Of a stretch of 64,000 nucleotides of DNA, positions 49,756-59,811 are shown in pieces (positions within the stretch are counted from its first letter, which is position 1; each line of letters begins with the position of its first letter). The position numbers and the translations under genes were made by a program. The notes below the pieces were generated by a model, which saw only the letters and a program-made list of their open reading frames with translations, did no database searches and was not told where the DNA came from. The stretch covers positions 1,152,001 through 1,216,000 of the forward strand of contig CBDFKD010000002.1 in the NCBI GenBank assembly GCA_965248695.1. The letters run 5' to 3'. The DNA is from Acidobacteriota bacterium. Lineage in GTDB: Bacteria; Acidobacteriota; UBA890; WLXD01.

Positions 49756-50130
49756 TCAGGGGGACGACGTCGATCGCGAAAGCCGCGGTAGCCAGGCCGA
49801 CAGTCGGCGAATCTCCGTGAGCAGCGCCAGACGTCGGGCTATCAACTCGGGGGTCAGGTCAGCCTTTCGATGTCCTGTTGATCGATCGGTCGACCCGACT
49901 CGCGTTTCATCTCGATTAGGTTCTCGAGCCTCACTAGCCACAATTCCAAGTCCTCGTGCTCGACAGCGTGACGTGATTCGTATGCGGAAGCATACGTGCC
50001 GCGGTCGGCAATCATCAGATCCAAGGATAGCGGCTCCTCCCAGTTTCCCTCGAGCTTCACCACGCGGTGCATCCGGTAGATTCCGCCCGACAGGGGGATG
50101 ATGCCGGAGTCGATGGTGAAACCCGAGGCC
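49756..50130 (-). pseudogene. 5'-truncated nucleotidyltransferase-like gene plus small overlapping partner ORF
   Basis: C-terminal LIEMKRESGRPIDQQDIERL motif without a recognisable N-terminal catalytic region; downstream short DLTPELIARRL.. ORF. Confidence 0.5.
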
Positions 50131-50259
50131 CGAATCACCGGCCGTTGCGTATCTGCACTGGGCGTCGGCTGAGTGGGCAGGTCAGCTTCTCGATCTCCGC
50201 CGCACACGGAATGTCTTCGTCCCATGTCGTCCGGCACCGCAACGATGTAGGCTCGCCTT

Positions 50260-50312
50260 GGCTCGGTCACTGCGGCTAGGTCACTGCGGCTAGGTCACTG
50301 GGGCTCGGTCGC
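50260..50312 (+). repeat. 14-bp tandem repeat, about 3.5 copies
   Basis: GGCTCGGTCACTGC GGCTAGGTCACTGC GGCTAGGTCACTGG GGCTCGGTCGC. Confidence 0.8.
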
Positions 50313-50388
50313 CTACGGTCGATGAGGCTCGGGATCGGACTGAGCCACCGCGGCGGCCGCTGCTGCTTCGGATGACAAGGGAGGATCG

Positions 50389-51591
50389 ATGATCGCCAGA
50401 CGAGCTCTCCGTCGACGCCTGGTCGAGACCGCGACCATCGGGGCGTGCCTCGCCGTCAGCGTTCCCGCCAGTGCCGTCCCCGAGACGCGGGGCTACGTGA
50501 TCGCGATGGTTCACACGGCGACCTACGCGGACACCGACACCTGTCCCATGGGCGGCAACGGGGGGCCGGTCGAGCTGCGGACGCGACGCGTGATGGGCGC
50601 CGGCTACAGCGAGGCGGAGGCGCTCGAGATCCTCGCCAATGGGGGCCGCGACGCTGAGGGGAATCGGGTGGAGGCGGCGGCGCTGTTCGGCAGCTTTGGC
50701 CGCGGGCAGGCCTGGGGCGGTCTCGAGGTCAACCCCGGCAACGCCCCGTATCTGCTGCCGGACCCGCACATCGAAACGGCGCAGGGCCGCTTCGCGCCAG
50801 GCTTCAATCTCGACGGCCGCGTGGACCCGGATGACTTCGAAGATCCCGATACCCACGAGAAGGGCGTCGACAACGGGATCTGGCAGGTCATCGGCTGTTT
50901 CGACACGTTCCATGTCAGACAGCCGGTACGGGCGTACAACGAGAACATCACCTGGGACGCGGTGCTCGACGGGATGCCGGCGTGGCTGATCTCCGTTTCC
51001 GGCGACGATCTGAGCCGTGACGGGCATGTGACGGTAACGTTCGACCGGGCGCTGAACGTCGCCCTGCGCGACGCGAGCGGCGGTCTGTTGTCCGGCGCGA
51101 CCTACACGATCGACCCCGATCCGCGCTCGCACAGCGTCTTCAGGGGCCGTATCGACAACCAGGTACTGACCATCGAGCCGGGGGACTTCTCGATGCAGGG
51201 GGAGTCGCAGTTCTATGCGATTCTCCGTTTCACGCACACCCAGCTGCGTCTTCAGATGAAGCCGGATGGAAGCGTGACGGGACTCCTCGGCGGCTACCAG
51301 CCCTGGTCTGATTACTATCAGTGGCTGGCCGTTCGCGGAGAGACCGACGGGCAAATCGATCTGCCGGGCGTTTACTACGCCATGAAGCGCCTCGCCGACG
51401 GCGTGCCCGATCCGGCGACCGGTGAGAACACCGCCATCTCCACCACCTACTGGCTGGAGGCGGTACCGGCGTTCCACACCGACACGTCGGGCGGCGTGGT
51501 GAGCGTCGCGGTGGGCGCGGGGCCGAAGCTCAGTGGCCCCGCGGCAACCCAGATCGTGGCGCCGCCGGGCGCGACGGAAGCGCAGCAGTGA
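50389..51591 (+). CDS. Secreted hypothetical protein, first gene of the DUF1592 operon
   Basis: RBS GGAGG, signal peptide, GFNLDG and GVDN...IGC motifs; 4-nt overlap with the next gene. Confidence 0.75.
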   Translation: MIARRALRRRLVETATIGACLAVSVPASAVPETRGYVIAMVHTATYADTDTCPMGGNGGPVELRTRRVMGAGYSEAEALEILANGGRDAEGNRVEAAALFGSFGRGQAWGGLEVNPGNAPYLLPDPHIETAQGRFAPGFNLDGRVDPDDFEDPDTHEKGVDNGIWQVIGCFDTFHVRQPVRAYNENITWDAVLDGMPAWLISVSGDDLSRDGHVTVTFDRALNVALRDASGGLLSGATYTIDPDPRSHSVFRGRIDNQVLTIEPGDFSMQGESQFYAILRFTHTQLRLQMKPDGSVTGLLGGYQPWSDYYQWLAVRGETDGQIDLPGVYYAMKRLADGVPDPATGENTAISTTYWLEAVPAFHTDTSGGVVSVAVGAGPKLSGPAATQIVAPPGATEAQQ

Positions 51592-53300
51592 CAACCGACT
51601 CGGCGGCGGCAGGTCGCGCTGCAACACCTCCGGGACGCTGCCCCCCCGTACCCTGTCGGCGGCGACACCGTCGCCGGCTGTCGATACGGCGCACGTTGCC
51701 GCTCGCCCTGGGGTTTCTGCTCGTGGCTCCCGCTGCGTCCCCGGCGCCGAGTCCCCCCGGAGACTTGAGCTTCGTTCGCCTGACGGAATCGCAGTACCGT
51801 CGGGCCATCCACGACATCTTCGGCGAGAGCATCCGTGTCGACGACAGTGCCGTCGACCGGGGCGCCCGTGAACGCGGGCTGCTGGCGATCGGAGATCGGA
51901 AGCTGACGCTAAGCGCCGCCGAGCTCGAGCGTGCCGAGACGCTGGCGCAACGAATTGCCGAGCAAGTGACCGATCCGCGGCGCCGGGCCACCCTGATTCC
52001 CTGCACGCCGCAAGACGTCGGTCGGCCGGATGAGGCCTGCGCCACCCGGTTCGTCACCGGGGTGGGGCTGTTCCTGTTCCGCCGTCCGCTCGACGACGCC
52101 GAGGTCGGCGCCTACGTTGCCATGGCGAACGCCGCGACGCGCACCCTCGACGACTTCTATACCGGCCTGCGTGCGTCGCTGGCCGGGATGCTCGTCGCCC
52201 CCGACTTTCTGTTTCGCCTCGAGCGCTCCGAGCCCGACCCCGACCGATCTGGAAGCATGCGTTTGGACGCCTACTCGCGGGCCGCGCGCCTCAGCTTCTT
52301 TCTGTGGGACAGCGCACCGGACGGGGAGCTGATCGAGGCGGCGCGATCCGGCGAGCTGTTCACGCCGGAGGGATTGAGCCGACAGGTCGAGCGGCTGCTC
52401 AACTCGCCGCGCCTGGAGCATGGCCTGCGCGCGTTCTTCTCCGACATGCTGGGGTTCGACGAGTTCGCGACGTTGACCGTCGACTCGAGCCTCTATCCCA
52501 AGTTCACCAAGAACGTCGAGGACGACGCCCGAGAGCAGACCTTGCGGACGATCGTCGACCAGCTGCTGCGCAAGAACCGCGACTACAGGGAGCTGCTCGT
52601 TACCCGCGAGACCTTCCTGACGCCCTCGCTCGCCGCCATCTACGGTGTGCCGCTGGTGCGATCGCAGGAGATGGGTGGGGCTGTTCCGTGGGTTCCCTAC
52701 CGCTTTTCCGATGACGATCCACGGGCCGGCTTGCTGACCCACGTGAGCTTCCTGTCCCTGCACTCCCATCCCGGTACCTCGTCGCCGACGCTACGGGGCC
52801 AGGCGGTGCGCGAGAACCTCCTGTGCCAGATCGTGCCGCCGCCGCCCGGCGACGTCGATTTCAGCTTCGTCCAGGACACCAACAACCCCGACTTCAAGAC
52901 CGTGCGCCAACGCTTGTCGGTGCATCGCGAGAATCCGACCTGTGCCGGCTGCCACAGCCTTACCGATCCGATCGGCCTCAGCCTCGAGGTGTTCGACACC
53001 TCCGGCGTCTACCGGACAACCGAGAACGGAGCGCCGATTGACCCGAGCGGCGAGCTCAACGGAACGCCGTACGAGGAGATCACCGGTCTCGTGGAGATTC
53101 TCCGGCAAGAGCCGGCCGTAACTTCCTGTCTGATCAACCGGGCCTTTTCCTACGGCGCTGCCAGAGGACCGACCCGAGATGAGCGTGCCTGGCTTGACGA
53201 GCTGGCGTCGGAGCTGCGACGCGACGGCGTGAGGTGGCGCGACCTCATGCAGCGAATCACGCAGCAGCCCGACTTCTACACGCTCGGCACCGACGCCTGA
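51588..53300 (+). CDS. DUF1587/1595/1592/1588/1585 (PSD/PSCyt3-type) domain protein
   Basis: RLT..QY, FRRPL, RLSFFLW.S.PD..L, SPTLRG..VRENLLC..VPPPP and CAGCH..DPIG motifs. Confidence 0.88.
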   Translation: MTTDSAAAGRAATPPGRCPPVPCRRRHRRRLSIRRTLPLALGFLLVAPAASPAPSPPGDLSFVRLTESQYRRAIHDIFGESIRVDDSAVDRGARERGLLAIGDRKLTLSAAELERAETLAQRIAEQVTDPRRRATLIPCTPQDVGRPDEACATRFVTGVGLFLFRRPLDDAEVGAYVAMANAATRTLDDFYTGLRASLAGMLVAPDFLFRLERSEPDPDRSGSMRLDAYSRAARLSFFLWDSAPDGELIEAARSGELFTPEGLSRQVERLLNSPRLEHGLRAFFSDMLGFDEFATLTVDSSLYPKFTKNVEDDAREQTLRTIVDQLLRKNRDYRELLVTRETFLTPSLAAIYGVPLVRSQEMGGAVPWVPYRFSDDDPRAGLLTHVSFLSLHSHPGTSSPTLRGQAVRENLLCQIVPPPPGDVDFSFVQDTNNPDFKTVRQRLSVHRENPTCAGCHSLTDPIGLSLEVFDTSGVYRTTENGAPIDPSGELNGTPYEEITGLVEILRQEPAVTSCLINRAFSYGAARGPTRDERAWLDELASELRRDGVRWRDLMQRITQQPDFYTLGTDA

Positions 53301-53311
53301 GGAGACCAAAC

Positions 53312-54658
53312 ATGAGCGAATTCGACAAGATCAGCCGGCGCACCGTGCTGCGGGGCGTTCTGGGCGGGGGAGCCTCCGTTGCGGTCGGGCTGCCGGTGCT
53401 CGAGTGCGTTCTGAACACCAACGGCACCGCCTATGCCGCCACCGGCGCTTCGTTGCCACCGTGCTTCGGGACGTGGTTCTGGGGTCTCGGGCTGTCCCCC
53501 GGACACTGGGAGCCGACGACCACGGGGGCCGATTACATCCTGCCGGATCACCTCGCTTCGCTGGCGCCCATCAAAGAGAAGATGAACCTGTTCAGCGGCA
53601 TGCAGGTGTTCCTCGACGGCAAGGCCAATCAGAACCACTATTCCGGCGCCCAGTGCCAGGCCACCGGCATGGTCTCCAGGAACGGCAGCGACTACACCAC
53701 GAGCATCGACCACGTCATCGGCGAGACGATTGGCAAGGGCACACGGTTCCGTTCGATCGAGATGGCCTGCGACGGCGACGGCCAGGCCGGCTGGAGCGCC
53801 CGCGGCTCCAATGGGATGAATCCCTCCGAGATCTCGCCCCTACAGCTGTACGCACGTATCTTCGGCGATGGGTTCGTTGATCCCGGGGTTGCCGATTTCA
53901 AGCCCGATCCGGCCGTGATGGTGCGTCGAAGCGTGCTTTCTGCCGTTTCCGACCAGCGCAAGAGCCTGATGGCCACGGTTTCCGCGTCGGACCGGGCGCG
54001 ACTGGACGAGTACTTCACGTCGCTGCGCGATCTCGAGCAGAAGCTGGCCTTCGAGCTCGAGCGACCCGAGCCGCTGCCCGCCTGCGCGGTCCCGGGGGAA
54101 GCCACCACCGACGACATCGGCCCGCTCCTCGGCCAGGTCGGGCAAACGCACCGACACTTCGCGCAGCTGGCCGCGCACGCTCTGGCCTGCGGCCAGACGC
54201 GAGTCTTTAATCTGACGCTGGGCAACGCGTTCTCCAGGCTCCGCATCCCCGGGGAACCAAGTGGCTACCACTCGCTGACGCACGAGGAGCCCATCGATAC
54301 CGAACGCGGCTATCAGCCCAAGTGCAAGTGGCTCGCGGAACAGTGCATGGCCTTCTTCGCCGAGCTGGTGCAGACGTTGGACTCGATCCAGGAAGGCGAC
54401 GGCACGCTGCTGGACCGGACCGTGGTGTTCGCGTTCACCGACCACGGCGAGGCGCGGATGCACTCGATGAAGCGCTTCCCGATTCTGACCGCTGGCAGCG
54501 GCGGCGGCAGGATGAGGACCGGGCTGCACGTGGCGGCCGAGGGCGACGCTGCCACACGCGTCGGCTACACGCTGCAGAATGCGTTCGGTGTGGTGAGTGG
54601 GGCCTGGGGGACCGAGTCCAACGAGGTGTTGCAGCCCTTCAGCGAGGTGCTGGCATGA
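53312..54658 (+). CDS. DUF1552 (HXXSHH) family protein
   Basis: SRRTVLRG..G..VGLP.LE, D..RLDEYFTSLR.LE, HSLTH and GTLLD motifs. Confidence 0.88.
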   Translation: MSEFDKISRRTVLRGVLGGGASVAVGLPVLECVLNTNGTAYAATGASLPPCFGTWFWGLGLSPGHWEPTTTGADYILPDHLASLAPIKEKMNLFSGMQVFLDGKANQNHYSGAQCQATGMVSRNGSDYTTSIDHVIGETIGKGTRFRSIEMACDGDGQAGWSARGSNGMNPSEISPLQLYARIFGDGFVDPGVADFKPDPAVMVRRSVLSAVSDQRKSLMATVSASDRARLDEYFTSLRDLEQKLAFELERPEPLPACAVPGEATTDDIGPLLGQVGQTHRHFAQLAAHALACGQTRVFNLTLGNAFSRLRIPGEPSGYHSLTHEEPIDTERGYQPKCKWLAEQCMAFFAELVQTLDSIQEGDGTLLDRTVVFAFTDHGEARMHSMKRFPILTAGSGGGRMRTGLHVAAEGDAATRVGYTLQNAFGVVSGAWGTESNEVLQPFSEVLA

Positions 54659-56040
54659 GGCAGGGGGGTACCGGGACGCGGAGTCGTTCGTCCCGGTCGG
54701 GGCGCCACGCGGCCGTGCCGCTGGTTGCGGCTGCGGCCGTCGCCTCGCTTGCTATCGGCCCACTACCGCCGCCGGGCCCGGACATCGTGGTGCCTCCGAC
54801 CGTGCCGCCCGGCATCACGCTCGTGGAGGTGAGGCGCGACTTGATCGGATCTTCGGACGAGCTGCTGTGGACGCGGCTCGGCGACGCCGAGGGGCGGACC
54901 CTGCTGTTCGGGGACGCGGATCCGCCCGGTGTCGCGACCTGTGTGGACGACTGTGCCTCGCAGTTTCCGCCGCTGCTGGCGCCTGACGGTACGGAGGCGT
55001 TCGGGCACTGGTCGCTGGTGCGGCGGCCCGACGCGGGGATGCAATGGGCGTATCAGTCGCGCCCGCTCTACACCTGGTCCGCGGAGCAGGAGCCGGGAGA
55101 GGTCGCGACCAACGTAGGGCTCGCCGAAACGACCGGCTCGAAGGTGTCGGAGGGCCTGATTCCGGCCGGCACATTGATGCCGCCAGAGGGATGGCACGTG
55201 GCCCGGTTCGACCCAGCCGTGTCGACGCCCGTGCCCGATGGCATCGAGGTGAGGTTGGTTGCCTCGGCCCACGCAGTCATCTTGACCGATTTCAATGGCC
55301 GTACGCTCTATGCCTTCGACGGCGATGCCACCGACGATGGTCAGACCTGCTCCGATCACGGCTGCGACATTCGCTGGTCTCCTGTGGCCGCGGCGCAGCT
55401 CGCCATGGAGGTCGGCTACTTCTCCGTCGTCACCCGGACCGATGGGTCTCGGCAGTGGGCCTACCGGCAACAGCCTTTGTATCGGTACGCCGGCGACCTG
55501 CTTCCGGGAGATGTCCATGGCGATGACGCCGATCCCCGTTGGCGAGTGGCGGTATTGACGCGGAACTTCCGGCCACCGCAGGTGGCGGTCACCTCGCTGG
55601 AGGGCTACGGCGACGTTCTCTCGATAGACGGTATGAGCCTCTACATGGGTACGGCCTTCGAGAAGTACTGGGGGGGACGAAGCATGCGCGACAGCTTCAG
55701 GGTCCTTTACTCCAGGGGGAAGCGATTGGGCGGCGGCGCCTGCGTGGGCGACGAATGCCTCGAGACCTGGCGTCCGTTCCCTGCCCCTGCGGACGCGGAA
55801 TCGAACGGGTTCTGGGAGGTGATCACCCGTCGCGACGGAAGCCGACAGTGGGCGTACAAGGGATTCGCCCTGTATACGTTTTCCGGCGATGAGGCCCCCG
55901 GGCAGCACCGGGGGCAGGCGACATATTCTTTCGTCGAGCTCGACGAGTCGCCCGCCAACCTCGAGCGAGCCACTTGGTTGGCTTTCGTGGGCAGCGCCGG
56001 GGGAGGAGCGGGGGTGTACTGGAACATTGCCAAGCCGTAG
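54655..56040 (+). CDS. Secreted protein with three COG4315/Lipoprotein_15 (Yx[FWY]xxD) modules
   Basis: Three C..C...[FW].P / R.DG..QWAY...LY.[WYF]..[DE] repeats. Confidence 0.82.
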   Translation: MRQGGTGTRSRSSRSGRHAAVPLVAAAAVASLAIGPLPPPGPDIVVPPTVPPGITLVEVRRDLIGSSDELLWTRLGDAEGRTLLFGDADPPGVATCVDDCASQFPPLLAPDGTEAFGHWSLVRRPDAGMQWAYQSRPLYTWSAEQEPGEVATNVGLAETTGSKVSEGLIPAGTLMPPEGWHVARFDPAVSTPVPDGIEVRLVASAHAVILTDFNGRTLYAFDGDATDDGQTCSDHGCDIRWSPVAAAQLAMEVGYFSVVTRTDGSRQWAYRQQPLYRYAGDLLPGDVHGDDADPRWRVAVLTRNFRPPQVAVTSLEGYGDVLSIDGMSLYMGTAFEKYWGGRSMRDSFRVLYSRGKRLGGGACVGDECLETWRPFPAPADAESNGFWEVITRRDGSRQWAYKGFALYTFSGDEAPGQHRGQATYSFVELDESPANLERATWLAFVGSAGGGAGVYWNIAKP

Positions 56041-56137
56041 TCCGGAGTGTTTTCCATCGCGACCGCCGCGCAGCGAACTTGCTGTGCCGGCGGGCGGTTC
56101 GATGCAGCCTCGAGAGGGGCCTTGCAAGAGAGGCAAG

Positions 56138-56506
56138 ATGCGACGTTTTTCGGCGTACCTGGTTACTGTAGCTGTCCTCACCATCGCCACACCGGCTCTC
56201 GGGAGCGAAGTAACGGTTACCGGTGAGCTGGTGGACCACATCTGCTTCACCCGGAGCGGGCACGACGGCGGCGCGGGCCCCGACCACGCTGCCTGCGCCA
56301 AGTCGTGCGCCGGCAACGGGCAGCCAGTAGCGCTGGTGACCGACAGCGGCGATATCTACAGGCTGGCGGGCACGGTCGCCGCCGACAACAACGCCGCCCT
56401 GGTGCCGCACATGAGCCACACGGTCGAGGTAACCGGTGAGCTCGGCGAAGTGGACGGCATTCCGACAATCACGGCCGACGCGGTCACGCACATCTCCGCC
56501 AGCTGA
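56138..56506 (+). CDS. Small secreted His/Cys-rich protein
   Basis: Signal peptide; GELVDHIC...DHAACAKSC..G.P. Confidence 0.7.
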   Translation: MRRFSAYLVTVAVLTIATPALGSEVTVTGELVDHICFTRSGHDGGAGPDHAACAKSCAGNGQPVALVTDSGDIYRLAGTVAADNNAALVPHMSHTVEVTGELGEVDGIPTITADAVTHISAS

Positions 56507-56510
56507 GCCC

Positions 56511-56957
56511 ATGAGTCTCAAGACGTTCGTGCTCGCGGCAGCTCTGACGCTGGCCGTTGCGTCGCCGGTGTCGGCGCAGATCATGGAGATGAACGGGACC
56601 TGGGAGATGATTCCCGACAAGTGCCTCGGCTCCTGGCCCGACCAGGAGACGCTGGTGTTCAACAGCATCGAGGGCATCCAGCGCTACACCGCGACGTGGA
56701 TCGACAACGGCGCGAGCGGAGGCCGCGAGTACGAGATTCCGTACGACGGGCACGACCACGCGGCCAGCAGCGCCCTGGCCGACACCGTCTCGGTCCGTCG
56801 TCTCGGCGAAAAGTCCGAGTTCGTGGTGAACAAGCGCGACGGGCAGATCACCGAGAACTACACGCGCGTGCTGGTCGACGACGACCGCACTCTGATCTCG
56901 GTCGGTCGCAGTGAGACCGGGGAAGTTCGTTGGGTACGGGTCTTCGAAAAACAGTGA
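56511..56957 (+). CDS. Secreted hypothetical protein (lipocalin-like)
   Basis: Signal peptide, NGTW motif, C-terminal VFEKQ. Confidence 0.65.
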   Translation: MSLKTFVLAAALTLAVASPVSAQIMEMNGTWEMIPDKCLGSWPDQETLVFNSIEGIQRYTATWIDNGASGGREYEIPYDGHDHAASSALADTVSVRRLGEKSEFVVNKRDGQITENYTRVLVDDDRTLISVGRSETGEVRWVRVFEKQ

Positions 56958-57002
56958 GTCGGTCGGGCCGCATCGCGATAACTCGCCGACGAGCTGCATT
57001 CC

Positions 57003-57030
57003 TGTAACCAAACCACCTGTCGGAGCGACT
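57003..57030 (+). promoter_or_regulatory. Putative ECF-sigma promoter upstream of iorA
   Basis: TGTAACC-N16-CGACT. Confidence 0.4.
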
Positions 57031-57091
57031 AGTGTGTCGTGGAAGCTGCGAGCGTCGCAGCCTTCACGGACTCGCATTCTCTGGAGGAGAG

Positions 57092-57550
57092 ATGGCCCGT
57101 CTCACTCTGAACGTGAACGGTCGTGACCACACCATCGAAGCGCCCCCGGACATGCCGTTGTTGTGGGCGATCCGCGACCTCATCGGGCTGACCGGCACCA
57201 AGTACGGCTGCGGCATGGCGCTCTGCGGCGCCTGCAAGATCCACATCGACGGTACGCCTACGTATTCGTGCCAGACACCGGTTTCTTCGGTCGGCGACCG
57301 CAAGGTGACCACCATCGAGGGACTGTCATCGGATGAGCTTCATCCGGTCCAGCAGGCATGGGTCGCCGAGGACGTCCCGCAATGCGGCTACTGCCAATCT
57401 GGGCAAATCATGACCGCCGTGGCGCTGCTCGACGAGCACCCCGATCCGACCGACGAGCAAATCGACGCGGCGATGGCGGGCAACATCTGCCGTTGCGGAA
57501 CCTACGACCGGATCCGTCGGGCCATTCACCGGGCCGCCCGGGAGGCTTGA
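57092..57550 (+). CDS. iorA: (2Fe-2S) subunit of an isoquinoline 1-oxidoreductase-type enzyme
   Basis: GTKYGCG...[13 protein letters not shown] and NICRCGTY motifs. Confidence 0.88.
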   Translation: MARLTLNVNGRDHTIEAPPDMPLLWAIRDLIGLTGTKYGCGMALCGACKIHIDGTPTYSCQTPVSSVGDRKVTTIEGLSSDELHPVQQAWVAEDVPQCGYCQSGQIMTAVALLDEHPDPTDEQIDAAMAGNICRCGTYDRIRRAIHRAAREA

Positions 57551-57553
57551 GCG

Positions 57554-59653
57554 ATGCACGAATACGTGAAGCTCGATCGGCGTGAGTTCCTGAGGCTCGG
57601 AGGCACGGTTGGCGGTGGTCTCGTTCTGGGGCTCTACGTCAGTGACGGAGACTGGGCGGAGGCCAACGGTCCCTTCCAACCGAATGCCTTCGTGCAGATC
57701 GATCCGACCGACGGCATCTCGATCTGGGTCGCCAAGGCCGAAATGGGACAAGGTGTCCGCACCGCGCTGCCGATGATCGTGGCCGATGAGCTGGACGCCG
57801 ACCTGGACTCGGTCCGGATCGTCCAGGCGAACGCCCACCCCGAAAAGTATGGGTCTCAGATGACCGTGGGCAGCAGAAGCATCCGCGGCAACGGCTTTAC
57901 CTCGCTTCGAAGAGCCGGTGCCGCCGCCCGGGAGATGCTCGTCGTCGCCGCCGCGACACGCTGGGGTGTCGCAGCCACGACCTGTCGCACCCGTGCCGGT
58001 CGCATCCTCCACGAGGAAACCGGGAGGAGCCTCGACTACACCGATGTGGCGGAGGCGGCTGCGGAGTTGCCGGTGCCCGAGAGCCCGAGGCTCAAGGATC
58101 CGTCCGAGTTCCGGTACATAGGGAAGCCGATGGCGCAGTTGGATACGCCGCTTCGAGTCACCGGCGCGGCGACCTTCGGCACGGACGTCCGTGTCCCGGG
58201 TATGAGGTACGCGACCGTTGTGCATCCGCCGGTGTTCGGGGGCAGCGTCGCGAGCTTCGACGCGACCCGGGCGCTCGAGGTAACGGATGTCCGCAAGGTG
58301 TTCGAGGTCTCGCGCGGTATTGCCGTGGTCGCTGACAACACCTGGGCCGCCTTCTCCGGTGCTGCCGCTCTGGAGGTGACCTGGGACGACGGCGATTTCT
58401 CGATGGACAGCGCCGACATCAGAGCCAGCTTCGCTGCCCTCGCGGAAACAGACGGAGGTGTGGCACGGGACGACGGCGACGCAGGTAGGGCTCTGGAGCG
58501 CGCCGCGATGCGACTGGAGGCCACCTACGAAGTGCCCTACCTGGCGCACGCCACCATGGAGCCGATGAACTGCACGGCCCACGTGCGCGAGAGCCATTGC
58601 GAGGTCTGGGCGCCGACCCAGAGCCCGCAGGGAACGCAGAGCACTGCAGCGGAGATCACCGGCTTGTCGGTGGAAGACGTCACGGTGCACGTAACGTTCA
58701 TGGGATGTGGCCTCGGCCGTCGGGCGCGCACGGACTTCGTCGAGGACGCCGTCGAGACCTCGATGAAGCTCGGAGAACCGGTACAGGTGGTCTGGAGCCG
58801 GGAAGAAGACATGCAGCACGACTTCTACCGTCCGGCCACCTACAACCGCCTCGAGGGTGGCCTCGATGACGACGGAGTCCTGCAGGGACTGAAGATCCGA
58901 GTCGTCGCGCCGCCGCTCTTTCGCGGCAGAGGCGAGGTCGACCGTTCTTCGCTAAGCGGCATCCTCTCGATGCCCTACTCCGTCCCGAACTGCTTCGTGG
59001 ACAACTGCCAATCGGATGTGCCCGTGGTCGTCGGCCACTGGCGTTCCGTCGGTCCGTCTCAGAACGTCTTCATCCTCGAGAGCTTCATCGACGAGCTTGC
59101 CCACGCGGCCGGTGCCGATCCGATCGAGTTCAGGTTGCGGATGCTCGGAGAGCACCCGAGGCTGCGTCATGTGCTCCAGGTCGCAGCTGACAAGGCCGGT
59201 TGGAATGCACCGGCACCGCCAGGCCGCGCGCTGGGCGTGGCGATCGTTGTGGAGAAGGGTGGCTATGTTGCCCAGATCGCCGAGGTCTCGGTCGACAACG
59301 GCCGCCCTCGGATCCATCGGGTTACCTGCGCTTTCGACTGCGGACTGATCGTGAATCCAGCAACCGTCGAGGCACAGGTGACCGGAAGCGTCGTGACGGG
59401 CCTGTCCGCGGCGCTTGACGGTGCGATCACCATCGAGGGCGGTCGGGTTGTCCAGAGCAACTTCCACGACTACCAGCTGATGCGCATCGACGAGATGCCG
59501 CAGGTCGACGTCCACCTGGTAGACAGCGCCGAAGATCCCGGCGGCGCTGGTGAGGCCGCGGTCCCGCCCATAGCTCCCGCCGTGACCAACGCGCTTTTCA
59601 CGCTGACCGGTAAGCGAATTCGATCGCTCCCGCTCTCCGAGCACCAGTTGTAG
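57554..59653 (+). CDS. iorB: Molybdopterin subunit, IorB/xanthine dehydrogenase family, with Tat signal
   Basis: [25 protein letters not shown] and [10 protein letters not shown] motifs. Confidence 0.88.
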   Translation: MHEYVKLDRREFLRLGGTVGGGLVLGLYVSDGDWAEANGPFQPNAFVQIDPTDGISIWVAKAEMGQGVRTALPMIVADELDADLDSVRIVQANAHPEKYGSQMTVGSRSIRGNGFTSLRRAGAAAREMLVVAAATRWGVAATTCRTRAGRILHEETGRSLDYTDVAEAAAELPVPESPRLKDPSEFRYIGKPMAQLDTPLRVTGAATFGTDVRVPGMRYATVVHPPVFGGSVASFDATRALEVTDVRKVFEVSRGIAVVADNTWAAFSGAAALEVTWDDGDFSMDSADIRASFAALAETDGGVARDDGDAGRALERAAMRLEATYEVPYLAHATMEPMNCTAHVRESHCEVWAPTQSPQGTQSTAAEITGLSVEDVTVHVTFMGCGLGRRARTDFVEDAVETSMKLGEPVQVVWSREEDMQHDFYRPATYNRLEGGLDDDGVLQGLKIRVVAPPLFRGRGEVDRSSLSGILSMPYSVPNCFVDNCQSDVPVVVGHWRSVGPSQNVFILESFIDELAHAAGADPIEFRLRMLGEHPRLRHVLQVAADKAGWNAPAPPGRALGVAIVVEKGGYVAQIAEVSVDNGRPRIHRVTCAFDCGLIVNPATVEAQVTGSVVTGLSAALDGAITIEGGRVVQSNFHDYQLMRIDEMPQVDVHLVDSAEDPGGAGEAAVPPIAPAVTNALFTLTGKRIRSLPLSEHQL

Positions 59654-59811
59654 CGGTATCGAAGTTCGGTTCGCAGGTCTGTCCGGCGACCCAGCTAAAA
59701 TGCCGCACCTGATCAGCGATCTGGCTGTGACGATAGAACCAGGCGGAGACTCGCATGATAAGACTGGCGACCGCGATGGTCGGTGTGCAGGTGATCGTGC
59801 CGGCCATGGAG

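Noticed and set aside
50260-50312. Tandem repeats as a CRISPR array
   Set aside because: Contiguous 14-bp units without unique spacers
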